From NCBI GenBank assembly GCA_043821645.1, contig JBDRCO010000051.1:184928-248927 (forward strand): a stretch of 64,000 nt of DNA. The letters run 5' to 3'. The position numbers were made by a program, and so were the translations under genes. The DNA comes from Pseudomonadota bacterium. Lineage in GTDB: Bacteria; Myxococcota; JACRCW01; JAFGSX01. Of this stretch, positions 48,309-58,042 are shown one piece after another (the stretch's first letter is position 1; every line of letters begins with the position of its first letter). A model generated the notes under the pieces. It worked only from the letters and a program-made list of their open reading frames with translations, ran no database searches and was not told the origin of the DNA.

Positions 48309-48938
48309 ATGACCGAGATCGAAAAGCTACTCAAGAAGTTGCGCGCCGCCGACAAGAAGGAAGACCTGGACGCCCTGGATGCCGTGCGCGAACAGATCAT
48401 CGAGGCGCATCCAGACGCTCTCGAGGCCGTGGAGGCACGCTACCGTCTGGGCCTGTCCAAGTTGCTCCGGCACAGGGACGCCGCAGCGGCCGAAGAGCTG
48501 TTCAAGGCCACCGCCGCGTCGACGGATCCGCTGTACTCCCCGATGGCGCGCATCAGCCTGGCCCTCATGCTGCACGCGCAGAAGAAGGAGCAGAAGGCCC
48601 TGTTCGAGCTGCGCAAGGTCGTGGGCTCGCGCAAGCCCACCACGCAGTCGGTGCTGGCCCTCGCCTTCATCGTCACCATTCTCAAGGACATGGGATCCAA
48701 GCCCGACGAGGTGCAGCGCGCCCGGGCGCAACAGATCGAGCATCTGCGAACAGTTCTCGACGAGACACAGGACCCCATCGAGCAAGCTTCTTTGCTGGTA
48801 CAGCTCGGTCTGGCGCTCTTTGACCAGCGGGATAGCGCTGCGGCGAAGCAGGTGCTCGAGCGCGTGTTTGCCCTTGGTGACGCGGCCGACGCGAGCCTGC
48901 GTGCTGCAGCCGAGGCCACGCTGGCGGCCCTCGGCTGA
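48309..48938 (+). CDS. Helical-repeat (TPR-like) hypothetical protein
   Basis: ARYRLGL, ARISLAL and LVQLGLAL repeats. Confidence 0.75.
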   Translation: MTEIEKLLKKLRAADKKEDLDALDAVREQIIEAHPDALEAVEARYRLGLSKLLRHRDAAAAEELFKATAASTDPLYSPMARISLALMLHAQKKEQKALFELRKVVGSRKPTTQSVLALAFIVTILKDMGSKPDEVQRARAQQIEHLRTVLDETQDPIEQASLLVQLGLALFDQRDSAAAKQVLERVFALGDAADASLRAAAEATLAALG

Positions 48939-48945
48939 CCGCACC

Positions 48946-50058
48946 GTGCTCCCCCAGCTGCTATCCATCACCGACTTTCGCAACATCGCTCAGGCGCGCC
49001 TGGAGCTGGCGCCCCGCCTGACCTACCTTGTCGGCGACAACGCCCAGGGCAAGACCAATGCCCTGGAAGCGCTGGCCTACGCACTGTCCCTGCGGCCCCT
49101 GCGCCAGGCGCGTCCTGGCGACCTGATCCGGCGTGGCGCGCAGCGCTCCCGCATCGACGTCGAGCTGAGCGGTCGGTCACTTCCCTGGCAGGTGCGCGTG
49201 GACATCGGGCGCAGCGGCCGCCAGGTCCTGGTCAACGACAAGCCCCTGCGCGACCCGGCCCAGATCCTGGGCGCGGTGGCCCTGGTGACCTTTGCCCCCG
49301 ACGACCTGCAGCTGGTCAAGGGGGGGCCCGAGCTCAGACGGCGCAGCCTGGACCGCTTCGTGTTTCAGGTGCAACCCGCCCATCTGAAGCACGTGCGCGA
49401 CCTCGGGCGGGCCCTGCGCAGCCGCAATCTGTTGCTGAAGAGAGGGGAACGCGAGGACGTCAGCCTGCAGGCCTTTTCCGAGACCCTGGCTGTGGCGGGA
49501 GCGCGGGTGATGCTGGGTCGACGCATGGGTGTGGCCCTGCTGCGCGAGGTGGTGCAGCGACGCCACGCATTGCTGGCGCCTGGTGGCGGCTCCCTGGATC
49601 TCAACTACAGGCCGTCCGTTGCCGTGTCCGACGATGCCGACGAGGCCAGCGTGGCCGAAGCTCTGCGACAGGCCCTGGAGCGATCGCGCGGAGCCGACCT
49701 CGCGCGGCGCCAGACCTGCAAGGGTCCTCACGCCGACGAGCTGCTGCTCAGCCTCGACGGCGAACCTGCGCGCGGATTTGCCTCCCAGGGCCAGTCGCGT
49801 TCGATCGTACTGGCCCTGCGCCTGGCCGAGGTCGACGAGATCGCCCGCGCTCGTGGTCAAGGACCGGTGTTGCTGGCTGACGATCTTCTGGCCGAGCTCG
49901 ACGAGAAACGAGCCAGTGCGCTGCTTCACACCGTCGAGGAGGCGGGAGCCCGGGTGGTGGCGACGGGGACGCGACTACCGGCGGGGATCGACCACGGACA
50001 GGAAGGCACACACGTGTGTCACGTGCAGCAGGGCCGCTTGCAGATCCGCCCATCCTGA
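48946..50058 (+). CDS. recF: DNA replication/repair protein RecF
   Basis: DFRN, GDNAQGKTNALEA, GGPELRRR.LD, GPH.D, SQGQ, DDLLAELD; start GTG 48946. Confidence 0.95.
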   Translation: MLPQLLSITDFRNIAQARLELAPRLTYLVGDNAQGKTNALEALAYALSLRPLRQARPGDLIRRGAQRSRIDVELSGRSLPWQVRVDIGRSGRQVLVNDKPLRDPAQILGAVALVTFAPDDLQLVKGGPELRRRSLDRFVFQVQPAHLKHVRDLGRALRSRNLLLKRGEREDVSLQAFSETLAVAGARVMLGRRMGVALLREVVQRRHALLAPGGGSLDLNYRPSVAVSDDADEASVAEALRQALERSRGADLARRQTCKGPHADELLLSLDGEPARGFASQGQSRSIVLALRLAEVDEIARARGQGPVLLADDLLAELDEKRASALLHTVEEAGARVVATGTRLPAGIDHGQEGTHVCHVQQGRLQIRPS

Positions 50059-50077
50059 TGACCCGGGCGGGAGCGGA

Positions 50078-51013
50078 CTATTTGTTTGACTGGATTCGTT
50101 CGGGAACGTTGGTTGGCCGCAGGCAGTCCGCGTCCTCGTCCGGATAAGCCACGACCTCCGCGTCCAGATAGTCACCAAAGACCTCGTCGTGGATCTCGTA
50201 ATACCCACCTGCAAAGCCGCCCAGTCTCTCGATCCGCCCGAAGCGGTAGTCCGGCGGGAACAGTGCTCGCAGCTGTTCGATATTCTGTATGGCGTCCGCG
50301 GTTCCGGAACTGAGCTCGACCACCACGACAGGGCGATGCGCGAGCAGGGTCCCGTGCAGGCCCCACAGGACAGGTTGCTCGAAGCCCTCGACGTCGATCT
50401 TGATGATGCCGGCCGGGACAGCGCCGTCGGTGGCCAGGATGCTGTCGCCGGTCACGATCTTGAAGTTTGCCGAGGCCGTGCGCTGGCCGGCGAAGCCTGT
50501 CTCGAAAGTACCGGTGCCATGATTCCCCTCTTCGGGGTAAAAAAACGGAAGCTCGGCTTCCCGGTCGCCTAGACCGACGCTGTGAATGACGACGTTTGAC
50601 AGTGCATTATCGGTCACGTGTGCCTGCAACCTGGCCAGAACGGGAGGAAATGGCTCGAACGCCTCGACACGCGCCATGACCTTGGACATGAACATCGAGT
50701 GCTGGCCGATGTTGGCACCCACGTCGACAAAGGACTGGGCGGTGCGGCGACACCGGGTGGCGGCATCGCGCATGAAATACAGGATGTGTTTCTCGAAGGC
50801 TCCGTATTGCAGGACGTGGCTGTCGATCAGGTCGCCGGAATTACCCCGGAAGGTCATGCCGTAGAACGCGATCGAGAAGTCCCGGCTGTCGACGACCTGG
50901 GGCAGACCCAGGTGCTCGGGGGGCTCGAGCACGCGCTGGTAGATCAGCGCGATCAGCCACGTCGCCGCGAGGGTTCCCATCAGAAATGCGATGGTGAGAT
51001 GTCCCCACTTCAT
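50078..51013 (-). CDS. FkbM family methyltransferase with an N-terminal membrane anchor
   Basis: VDVGANIG, AFEP, IKIDVEGFE..VL.G. Confidence 0.9.
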   Translation of the reverse strand: MKWGHLTIAFLMGTLAATWLIALIYQRVLEPPEHLGLPQVVDSRDFSIAFYGMTFRGNSGDLIDSHVLQYGAFEKHILYFMRDAATRCRRTAQSFVDVGANIGQHSMFMSKVMARVEAFEPFPPVLARLQAHVTDNALSNVVIHSVGLGDREAELPFFYPEEGNHGTGTFETGFAGQRTASANFKIVTGDSILATDGAVPAGIIKIDVEGFEQPVLWGLHGTLLAHRPVVVVELSSGTADAIQNIEQLRALFPPDYRFGRIERLGGFAGGYYEIHDEVFGDYLDAEVVAYPDEDADCLRPTNVPERIQSNK

Positions 51014-51110
51014 GGCGGCCTACACACGACATCCTGAGCCTGCACGATGCGCAGGATGGTACAGCTTGCGGACTGCTGCAAGCAGGACCCCGCGCTCGTT
51101 CCGACTCAAC

Positions 51111-54100
51111 TCACGGTCGGACGGGATCGGCTTCCACGGAGGCCCCCTCCGCGTCGTGCTCGACCAGGATGCTCGGTCGCGGCACGGCGGTGTCGACCTG
51201 CGACTGCAGCGCCAGCTCGCGGGCGCTCATGATCAGCATCTGCAGCCTGTTCTCGACGTTGGCGAAGCTGGTGTCGGGGTCGTAGTCGAGGCTCACGATC
51301 TGTATGCCCGGGCAGCGGCGCTTCATGGTCTTGACCAGGCCGCGGCCGGTGATGTGGTTGGGCAGGCAGCCGAAGGGCTGCACGATGACGAAGGCCCGCA
51401 CGTCGTGCTTGTACAGCTCGATGATCTCGGCCGGGATGAGCCAGCCCTCGCCCACCATGTAGGTCGGGTCGATGAAGCCTCGGATGTTGTCCTGCAGCGC
51501 GAAGCAGTCGGCGTGCGCCTCGTAGAAGCGGAAGGTCTGGTGGATGGGTTCGATCTTGCCCAGCATGTGGGCGAAGATCTTGTTGGTGATGCCCGCCAGC
51601 AGGCTCTGGCTCCAGGGGTTGGGCAGGTGGTGCCGCTTCGCGCCCTCCTGGATGCGGATGAGATCGCGGCGGAAGAAGTCGACCATGGACGGCAGGATGC
51701 ACTCCATGCCGTTCTGCTCGAGGTAGCGCACGATCTCGCCGTTCGAGGTCGGGTGATAGTTGAGCAGGATCTCGCCGATGATGCCGACACGCGGCTTGCG
51801 CGCGCTGCGGTCGAGCGGCACGGTGTTGAAGGCGTCCACCGCCACCTTCAGCGCCTCGAGGGCGGCCTTGTTGCTGCGGCTCAGGCCATCGAGCACGTTG
51901 CCCCAGTGCTCGGTGTACAGGGCGTCGAGCTGCCCGGGCACCAGCTCGTAGGGACGACACTTGCGCAGCATGTCGTCCATCGCGTCCATGAAGCCCAGGC
52001 CCCACAGCACCGCGCCCTGCTCCCGCGGGCCCATGGTGAAGCCCGGGTGCATGCCCTTGGTGTCGGTGCCCGTGGTCATCATGGGCACCTTCTGGTAGCC
52101 CGCGTCGTCCAGGGCCTTGCGCGCCAGGGCCGCGTACTGGCCGGCGCGGCAGTCGTCGCAGTTCTTGGCCAGGCCGAACACCACCTTGTCCGGGTCGTGC
52201 TGACCCTTCTCCATCAGCGCCAAGAACTCGCCAACGTTGATCTGGGCCGGGAAGCAGATGTCGTTGTGCAGGTACTTCTTGCCCAGCTCGATGGCGCGCG
52301 CGTCGGCCATGGGCAGGGGCTCGACCTTGTAGTGCAGGCGCTTGCCCGCAGCGGTGATGACCTCGGCGAAGCCGCGCGAGATGTTGGGCGCCAGGATGGT
52401 GCGCACCTGGCGCTCGGCCCTGGTGAACAGCACCTCGAAGGGCTCGGGTAGTGCGCGCACCTCGGGCGTGGTCGCGGCCTGGGCCTGTCGATGTCGACGG
52501 GCGCGCACGGTCTCGACGAAGCTGGTGACGCGGATGTTCAGGGGCCCGCGGGCCTCGCCCTCGTCGAGCTTGAGCACCAGCAGCTGCTTGTCGGACAGCC
52601 CGCTGATCAGGCGCTGCATCTCGTCGGTGATGATGGCGTCGTGACCGCAGCCGAAGCTGACGATCTGGGCCAGCTCCAGGTTGGGGTGGCGCGCGCCGTA
52701 CATGGCCGCCGAGTACATGCGCACGTGAAAGGGATTGACCGTCTCGGTGCGCACCTTGCCCAGGTCGGTGTCGTGCACCCGGGGCAGGCTGTCGATGGTG
52801 AGCACGGGCACGCCGTGGCGCGTGAAGTGGCTCGACAGGTCGTGGTTGACCAGGGCGTCGTTGTGGTAAGGCCGGCCCGCCAGCACCACCGCGAAGCCCT
52901 CGGTCCCCTCGAGGCTACTCAGGACCTTCTGCCCCTCGTCGATGAGCGTGCGCTGCATCTCCGCCACGGCGGCGTCGGCCAGGGCGATGGCCTTCTTCAC
53001 CTCGGCCCGGGTCACGCCGTAGCGCACGCAGAAGTCGTCGGCGATCTGGCGATCGCGCAGGGCCCGGGTGTACCAGTGAAAGATCGGCCGGTCGAAGGGC
53101 ACGCCGTGGCGGCTCTCGGGCTCGTCGCTCTCGGCAATGATGACGGGGTAGCCCTGGATCACGGCGCAGGTATGCACGCCCTTGGTCGAGGCGTTCTCGG
53201 TAGGGATCTTGACCATCATGGGCATGAAGATGCGGTCGACCTGGCGCGCGATGAGGTCGCGCACGTGGCCGTGCGCCAGCTTGGCCGGGAAGCAGATGGT
53301 GTCCGAGGGCACGCTGTGCAGCCCGTCCTCGAACAACTTGTAGTCGCTCTTGCGGCTCAGCACGACGTCGAAGCCAAGGGCCCTGAACAGCGTCGACCAG
53401 AAGGGCATGCTGTTGAAGAACTCGAGCACTCGCGGCAGGCCGATCCGCTGGTCCTTCCTGGGCGCCACCAGGGCCGGCTGGTAGTTCTTGAACAGCAGCT
53501 TGTCGCGCAGCTTGGTCAGGTCGGGCACGGCCTTCATGCGCGCGTTGGCCTCGCGCACCTGGGCCAGCACGGCCTGGTCCTTGGGGTTCCCAAAGACCTC
53601 GCCGCGCTCGCAGCGGTTGCCGGTGACATACTCGCTGCCGTCGCTGAACAGGATACGGCTGCGGCTGCACGAGTTGGTGCAAAAGGGGCACACGTCCGCG
53701 GCCAGCTTCTCGTAGGCAAAGGCGTCCAGGGCCTCGAGGCCAATGAAGCGCGTGGCCTGGCGCTCGCCGCTCAGGCTCTCGAGCTCGCGCACGTGCTTGC
53801 GGGTGAGCAGGGCCACACCGATGGCGCCCATCTCGCCCGGGTGCGGGGGCCGGATCACGGTGCGGCCGCAGTACTGCTCGAACGAGCGCAGCACGGCGTC
53901 GTTCTTGAAAGTGCCGCCCTGGGCGAACACCACCTCGCCGAGCTGGTCGAAGTTGGCGACGCGCACCACCTTGGTGAACACGTTCTCGACGATGGAGCGG
54001 GTCACCCCGGCCAGGATGTCGGCGGGTGTCTTGCCGTTCTTCTGCTCTGTGATGACCGAGCTGTTCATGAACACGGTGCAGCGCGAACCCAGGCGCGAGG

Positions 54101-55613
54101 GGTTGTGCGACGAGAAGGCCAGGGGCGCGATGGCCTCGACCTGCACACCCATGCTGCGGGCGAAGGTCTCGACAAAGGAGCCGCAGCCCGCCGAGCAGGC
54201 CTCGTTGAGGGTGATGCCGGTGACGATACCGTCGCCCACCCGGATGGCCTTCATATCCTGGCCACCGATGTCCAGGATGAAGCTGACCCGCGGGTCCACG
54301 GCCATGGCGGCTTCGGCGTGGGCCACGGTCTCGACGGTGTGCAGGTCGGCCTTGAACGCACGGGCGAACAGCTGCTCGCCGTAGCCCGTGGTGCCGACGC
54401 CGCGGATATCCAGGGTCACGCCGCGCTGCACGTAGCGCTCGCGCATGTCGATCAGGGCCTGCTGCACCACGCGCAGGGGATCACCCTGGTTGCCGGCGTA
54501 GTAGCGATCGACCAGCGCGCCCTCCTCGTCGAGGAGCACGAACTTGCTGGTGGTCGAGCCGGCGTCGATGCCCAGGTACACGGGCAGGGTGGTGCCGGGT
54601 TCGACCTCGCGCGGCACAAAGTCGGGTAGCGCATGGCGCGTGTCGAAGGCGATCTTGTCGTCGTCGCTGGCAAAGAAGGGCAGGCTTTCGAAGTCGATGA
54701 CCGAGCTGCGACGGCCGCCCTGGGCCAGGCTGGCCAGGCGCGTCGGGTCGTAGGCCGGGGGCCGGTCCGCGAACAGGGTACCCACGCTCAGGGCCGCACC
54801 GCAGGCGACCACGATCTCGGGGCGCTCGGGCAGGATCACGTCATCGTCACCCAGGCCCAGGCGCTCGATGAAGACCTCGATGAGGCGGCGGTGAAAGGTC
54901 AGCGGCCCGCCCTCGAAGATCACCGGCGGGGTGATGGTCATGCCCTGCACCAGGCCGCCAATGGTCTGCTTGGCCAGGGCGTGGAACACGCTCAGGGCAA
55001 TGTCCTCCTTGGCCACGCACTGGTTGAGCAGGGGCTGGATGTCGGTCTTGGCGAACACGCCGCAGCGGCCCGAGATGTCGTAGACGTGGTGGCCGCGACT
55101 GGCCAGGGCGTTGAAGTTCTCGATCTTGACGCCCAGCAGCTCGGCCATCTGGTCGATGAAGGCACCCGTGCCGCCAGCGCAGGAGCCGTTCATGCGCATG
55201 TCCGAGGCCACCAGCTGGCCCGTGCGCTCGTCGTGGGTGAAGAACACCACCTTGGCGTCCTGGCCGCCCAGTTCGATGGCCACCCGCGCGCGGGGATACA
55301 GCTCGCGCACGGCGATGGCATTGGCCACCACCTCCTGCACGAAGAAGGCGCCGGTGTGCTCGGCGATGATGTCGCCAGCCGAGCCGCACACGGCCACTGC
55401 CAGGCGCTTGCCGGGGAAGCGGGTGTGGGCGTCCTCGAGCAGGCGCTTGGCGGTCAGGGCCTGCTCAGCGTTGTGCCGGGCGTAGTCCGCGTGCAGCAAC
55501 TCGCGGCTGCTCGGGTCCAGTACCGCGATCTTCACGGTGACCGAACCGACGTCGATGCCCACCCACAGGTCGGGGGCAAGCCACTGCATCTTGGGGGTGC
55601 TGGTGTCCGCCAT
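51111..55613 (-). CDS. Fused 2-hydroxyacyl-CoA dehydratase activase (two ASKHA domains) + DUF2229 + dehydratase/reductase; PlsAR/Ger-like
   Basis: Two GIDxGS motifs, two GGQD motifs, MNGSCAGGTG and LNEACSAGCG, SRCTVF, ICFPA twice, SFGCGHDA, QPFGCLPNH. Start uncertain. Confidence 0.9.
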   Translation of the reverse strand: MADTSTPKMQWLAPDLWVGIDVGSVTVKIAVLDPSSRELLHADYARHNAEQALTAKRLLEDAHTRFPGKRLAVAVCGSAGDIIAEHTGAFFVQEVVANAIAVRELYPRARVAIELGGQDAKVVFFTHDERTGQLVASDMRMNGSCAGGTGAFIDQMAELLGVKIENFNALASRGHHVYDISGRCGVFAKTDIQPLLNQCVAKEDIALSVFHALAKQTIGGLVQGMTITPPVIFEGGPLTFHRRLIEVFIERLGLGDDDVILPERPEIVVACGAALSVGTLFADRPPAYDPTRLASLAQGGRRSSVIDFESLPFFASDDDKIAFDTRHALPDFVPREVEPGTTLPVYLGIDAGSTTSKFVLLDEEGALVDRYYAGNQGDPLRVVQQALIDMRERYVQRGVTLDIRGVGTTGYGEQLFARAFKADLHTVETVAHAEAAMAVDPRVSFILDIGGQDMKAIRVGDGIVTGITLNEACSAGCGSFVETFARSMGVQVEAIAPLAFSSHNPSRLGSRCTVFMNSSVITEQKNGKTPADILAGVTRSIVENVFTKVVRVANFDQLGEVVFAQGGTFKNDAVLRSFEQYCGRTVIRPPHPGEMGAIGVALLTRKHVRELESLSGERQATRFIGLEALDAFAYEKLAADVCPFCTNSCSRSRILFSDGSEYVTGNRCERGEVFGNPKDQAVLAQVREANARMKAVPDLTKLRDKLLFKNYQPALVAPRKDQRIGLPRVLEFFNSMPFWSTLFRALGFDVVLSRKSDYKLFEDGLHSVPSDTICFPAKLAHGHVRDLIARQVDRIFMPMMVKIPTENASTKGVHTCAVIQGYPVIIAESDEPESRHGVPFDRPIFHWYTRALRDRQIADDFCVRYGVTRAEVKKAIALADAAVAEMQRTLIDEGQKVLSSLEGTEGFAVVLAGRPYHNDALVNHDLSSHFTRHGVPVLTIDSLPRVHDTDLGKVRTETVNPFHVRMYSAAMYGARHPNLELAQIVSFGCGHDAIITDEMQRLISGLSDKQLLVLKLDEGEARGPLNIRVTSFVETVRARRHRQAQAATTPEVRALPEPFEVLFTRAERQVRTILAPNISRGFAEVITAAGKRLHYKVEPLPMADARAIELGKKYLHNDICFPAQINVGEFLALMEKGQHDPDKVVFGLAKNCDDCRAGQYAALARKALDDAGYQKVPMMTTGTDTKGMHPGFTMGPREQGAVLWGLGFMDAMDDMLRKCRPYELVPGQLDALYTEHWGNVLDGLSRSNKAALEALKVAVDAFNTVPLDRSARKPRVGIIGEILLNYHPTSNGEIVRYLEQNGMECILPSMVDFFRRDLIRIQEGAKRHHLPNPWSQSLLAGITNKIFAHMLGKIEPIHQTFRFYEAHADCFALQDNIRGFIDPTYMVGEGWLIPAEIIELYKHDVRAFVIVQPFGCLPNHITGRGLVKTMKRRCPGIQIVSLDYDPDTSFANVENRLQMLIMSARELALQSQVDTAVPRPSILVEHDAEGASVEADPVRP

Positions 55614-55781
55614 CAAGGTCGTGCTGCTCCTCATCGCCTGCTGCCAGCCTTCGAGCAGCACCGCGGGCTGCTCCCTGGCCCTGCCCCGAGCCACGTCAGG
55701 AGCGCGCAACGTAGAGTGCAGCACGGCCTCTGACAAGCCAGAACCGGGGCCCCCACTGCACTTAGCCACTGTCCGTGGGTT

Positions 55782-55799
55782 TTGTGGGCAAGATCACAA
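55782..55799. promoter_or_regulatory. CRP/Rex-like dyad
   Basis: TTGTGGGCAAGATCACAA (TGTGG-N6-TCACA) in the divergent intergenic region. Confidence 0.4.
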
Positions 55800-55901
55800 T
55801 TTTGAGTATTTTCGGAGCCTTAGCCGCCAAAGCGGAAGCGAGTGGGATAGTCCCCTACGTGCGGCGCAGGATCCACAGCCCCGCGCCACCAGGAGACTGA
55901 G

Positions 55902-56855
55902 ATGAAGAAGCTGGTCGCACTCATCGCCGTCGGGACTCTTGCCGCCTGCGGACCCGAGCTCGAGCTCAAGCTCGACGGGGCGCAGGACGCCGCGTACTCC
56001 ATCTTCTACGGCTCGGCGCCGGATCAACCGTATCACCAGGCCGTGGTGGCCCTGCATAAGCAGGACGCCCGCAACATCTACGGCTACCACTGCTCGGGCA
56101 CCCTGATCGCCCCGGACGTGGTGCTCACCGCCGCGCATTGCCTGGACATCTCGACCAATGCGCGCAAGGGCTTCAAGACCATGGCGCCCTCGTCGCTGCT
56201 CATCTATTTCGGCGATGGCCCACTGACCCAGGCGGAGGTGCCCAACCTGCGCCCCGTAGTGCAGACCCTGATACACCTGGACTACAACCCCATGGCCCTG
56301 CGCAACGACCTCGCCCTGATCCGTCTGTCCGCGGCCGAGGCCTCGGTGGCCCCGGTGCCCGCCCTGCCCGCCAGCCTGGGCTTCACCTCCGCCGACATCG
56401 GTGGCGCCATCAATTTCGCCGGCTTCGGCAAGACCGAAAACGGCAGCAGCGGCATCAAGCTGCAGGTCGACCACGTGCTGGGCGGCCTGGGCTGCAGCGT
56501 GGCGGGTTGTCCAAGCGCGGGCGACGCGGCCACCCAGATCTCCTACGACCAGACCGTGGGCCCCTGCTCGGGCGACTCCGGCGGCCCGGCCTTCATAGCC
56601 CGCGCCGGCCAGACCTACGTCGGCGGCATGACCTCCTACGGCGACTCGGCCTGCACCGTGTACGGGGTCAGCACCCGCGCCGATGCCTACGAGAGCTGGA
56701 TCCAGGACTTCGTCAGCCCGGCTCCCCCCCCTCCCCCGCCGCCCCCGGGTGCCTGCGGCAACGGCGTGTGCGATCCGGGCGAGGACTGCAACAGCTGCCG
56801 CAGCGACTGCCCCAAGGTCGGCAAGGGCAAGAACGCGGTGTGCACCGCGGGCTGA
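55902..56855 (+). CDS. Trypsin-like serine protease lipoprotein with a Cys-rich tail
   Basis: Lipobox LAAC, TAAHC, NDLAL, GDSGGP, poly-Pro linker, CGNGVCDPGEDCNSCRSDC. Confidence 0.92.
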   Translation: MKKLVALIAVGTLAACGPELELKLDGAQDAAYSIFYGSAPDQPYHQAVVALHKQDARNIYGYHCSGTLIAPDVVLTAAHCLDISTNARKGFKTMAPSSLLIYFGDGPLTQAEVPNLRPVVQTLIHLDYNPMALRNDLALIRLSAAEASVAPVPALPASLGFTSADIGGAINFAGFGKTENGSSGIKLQVDHVLGGLGCSVAGCPSAGDAATQISYDQTVGPCSGDSGGPAFIARAGQTYVGGMTSYGDSACTVYGVSTRADAYESWIQDFVSPAPPPPPPPPGACGNGVCDPGEDCNSCRSDCPKVGKGKNAVCTAG

Positions 56856-56915
56856 CGCGCGACGACGACGGTCCGCCCTGCGGGCCGTGGCCACTCCCCT
56901 CATGAATGGAATGCA

Positions 56916-56949
56916 GGCGCCCGGGCTGGTCCCGGGCGTCCCTTTTTTT
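56916..56949 (+). terminator. Rho-independent terminator
   Basis: GCGCCCGGG-CTGGT-CCCGGGCGT stem followed by T7. Confidence 0.8.
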
Positions 56950-57898
56950 ACCCGGGGGCGACCAGCACCTTGAGCACGCCAGGCCGCGCGGCGTGGGCAA
57001 AGGCGGCCAGCCCTTCGCTCAGGGCATAGCGCGCTGCGATCAGGGACCGCGTGTCCACGGCGCCCTGCGCCAGCAGGTCGAGGGCCTTGCCAAAGGGCCC
57101 GCAGCGCGAGCCCACCACGGTGATCTCGTCGACGACCAGGGGTGCCAGGCTCAACGCAGCGCCGGTCGCCACGGTGCTCTTGAGCACCAGGGTGCCCCGG
57201 GGCTCGGTGTGCGCCATGGCCAGGGCCAGACCGTCGGCCGTGCCGGTAGCCTCGATCACCAGAGGATATTTCGGTGCCAGCGCAGCGGGTTCGAAAACCG
57301 GACACAGGCCCCAACCCTGGATCATTGCTGCACGCTCGGCGTGGTGACCGCACAGGTCCACGTCGAGGCCAGCCTGCCTGAGCACCTGGCCACAGAGCAG
57401 TCCCAGCTTGCCATCGCCCAGCACCAGGGTACGCGTGCCGCGGTCCAGCGCGACCTGCTCCCCGATTTCCAGGGCCGCGGCCAGGGGCTCGCAGAACACC
57501 GCGGCCTCGTCGTCGACGGCGTCGGGAACCGCGTGCAGGTTGGCGACAGGCAAGGTGGCGTACCCGGCCAGCACGCCGTCCTTGTTCAGGATGCCCAGCA
57601 CGCGTCGGGTCGGACAGTGGCGGCCGAGCCCACGGGCACACCAGTCGCAGCTGCCGCAGGCCAGGTTGATCTCGCCCACCACGCGCCGGCCCACCCAGCT
57701 TCCGTCGTCACAGTCCTCGACCACGCCCACGAACTCGTGGCCCAGCACACCGGAAAAGCCCATGTAGCCGCGCGTCAGCTCGAGATCGGTGTGGCAGATG
57801 CCAGCCAGGGTCACGCGGATCAAAGCCTCGCCCGGCGCCCGCTGCGGTCGTTCGCGCTTGGCGAGCCGCAGCATCCCGTCGAAGATCAAGGCCTGCAT
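56948..57898 (-). CDS. Zn-dependent MDR alcohol dehydrogenase-like protein
   Basis: GICHTD, GHEFVG, CGSCDWC...HC, EPLAA, GDGKLG, GSRCGPF. Confidence 0.93.
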   Translation of the reverse strand: MQALIFDGMLRLAKRERPQRAPGEALIRVTLAGICHTDLELTRGYMGFSGVLGHEFVGVVEDCDDGSWVGRRVVGEINLACGSCDWCARGLGRHCPTRRVLGILNKDGVLAGYATLPVANLHAVPDAVDDEAAVFCEPLAAALEIGEQVALDRGTRTLVLGDGKLGLLCGQVLRQAGLDVDLCGHHAERAAMIQGWGLCPVFEPAALAPKYPLVIEATGTADGLALAMAHTEPRGTLVLKSTVATGAALSLAPLVVDEITVVGSRCGPFGKALDLLAQGAVDTRSLIAARYALSEGLAAFAHAARPGVLKVLVAPG

Positions 57899-58042
57899 GG
57901 GGCTGGCTGTCGACATGCCGCCAGCCTAGCAGAAGCGTTCGGCCCCGTGCGCGGGCGGTCGCTGGCGCTCCCTGGGTTCTCTTCAGCGGACGCAGGAGCT
58001 AGGATCCAGCGCACTAAGTGTGTGGACATCCGGAGGTCGATC

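Noticed and set aside
56906-58042. N-terminal half of the listed 765-aa ORF
   Set aside because: Antisense to the alcohol dehydrogenase; the real gene starts at GTG 58043 after GGAGG.
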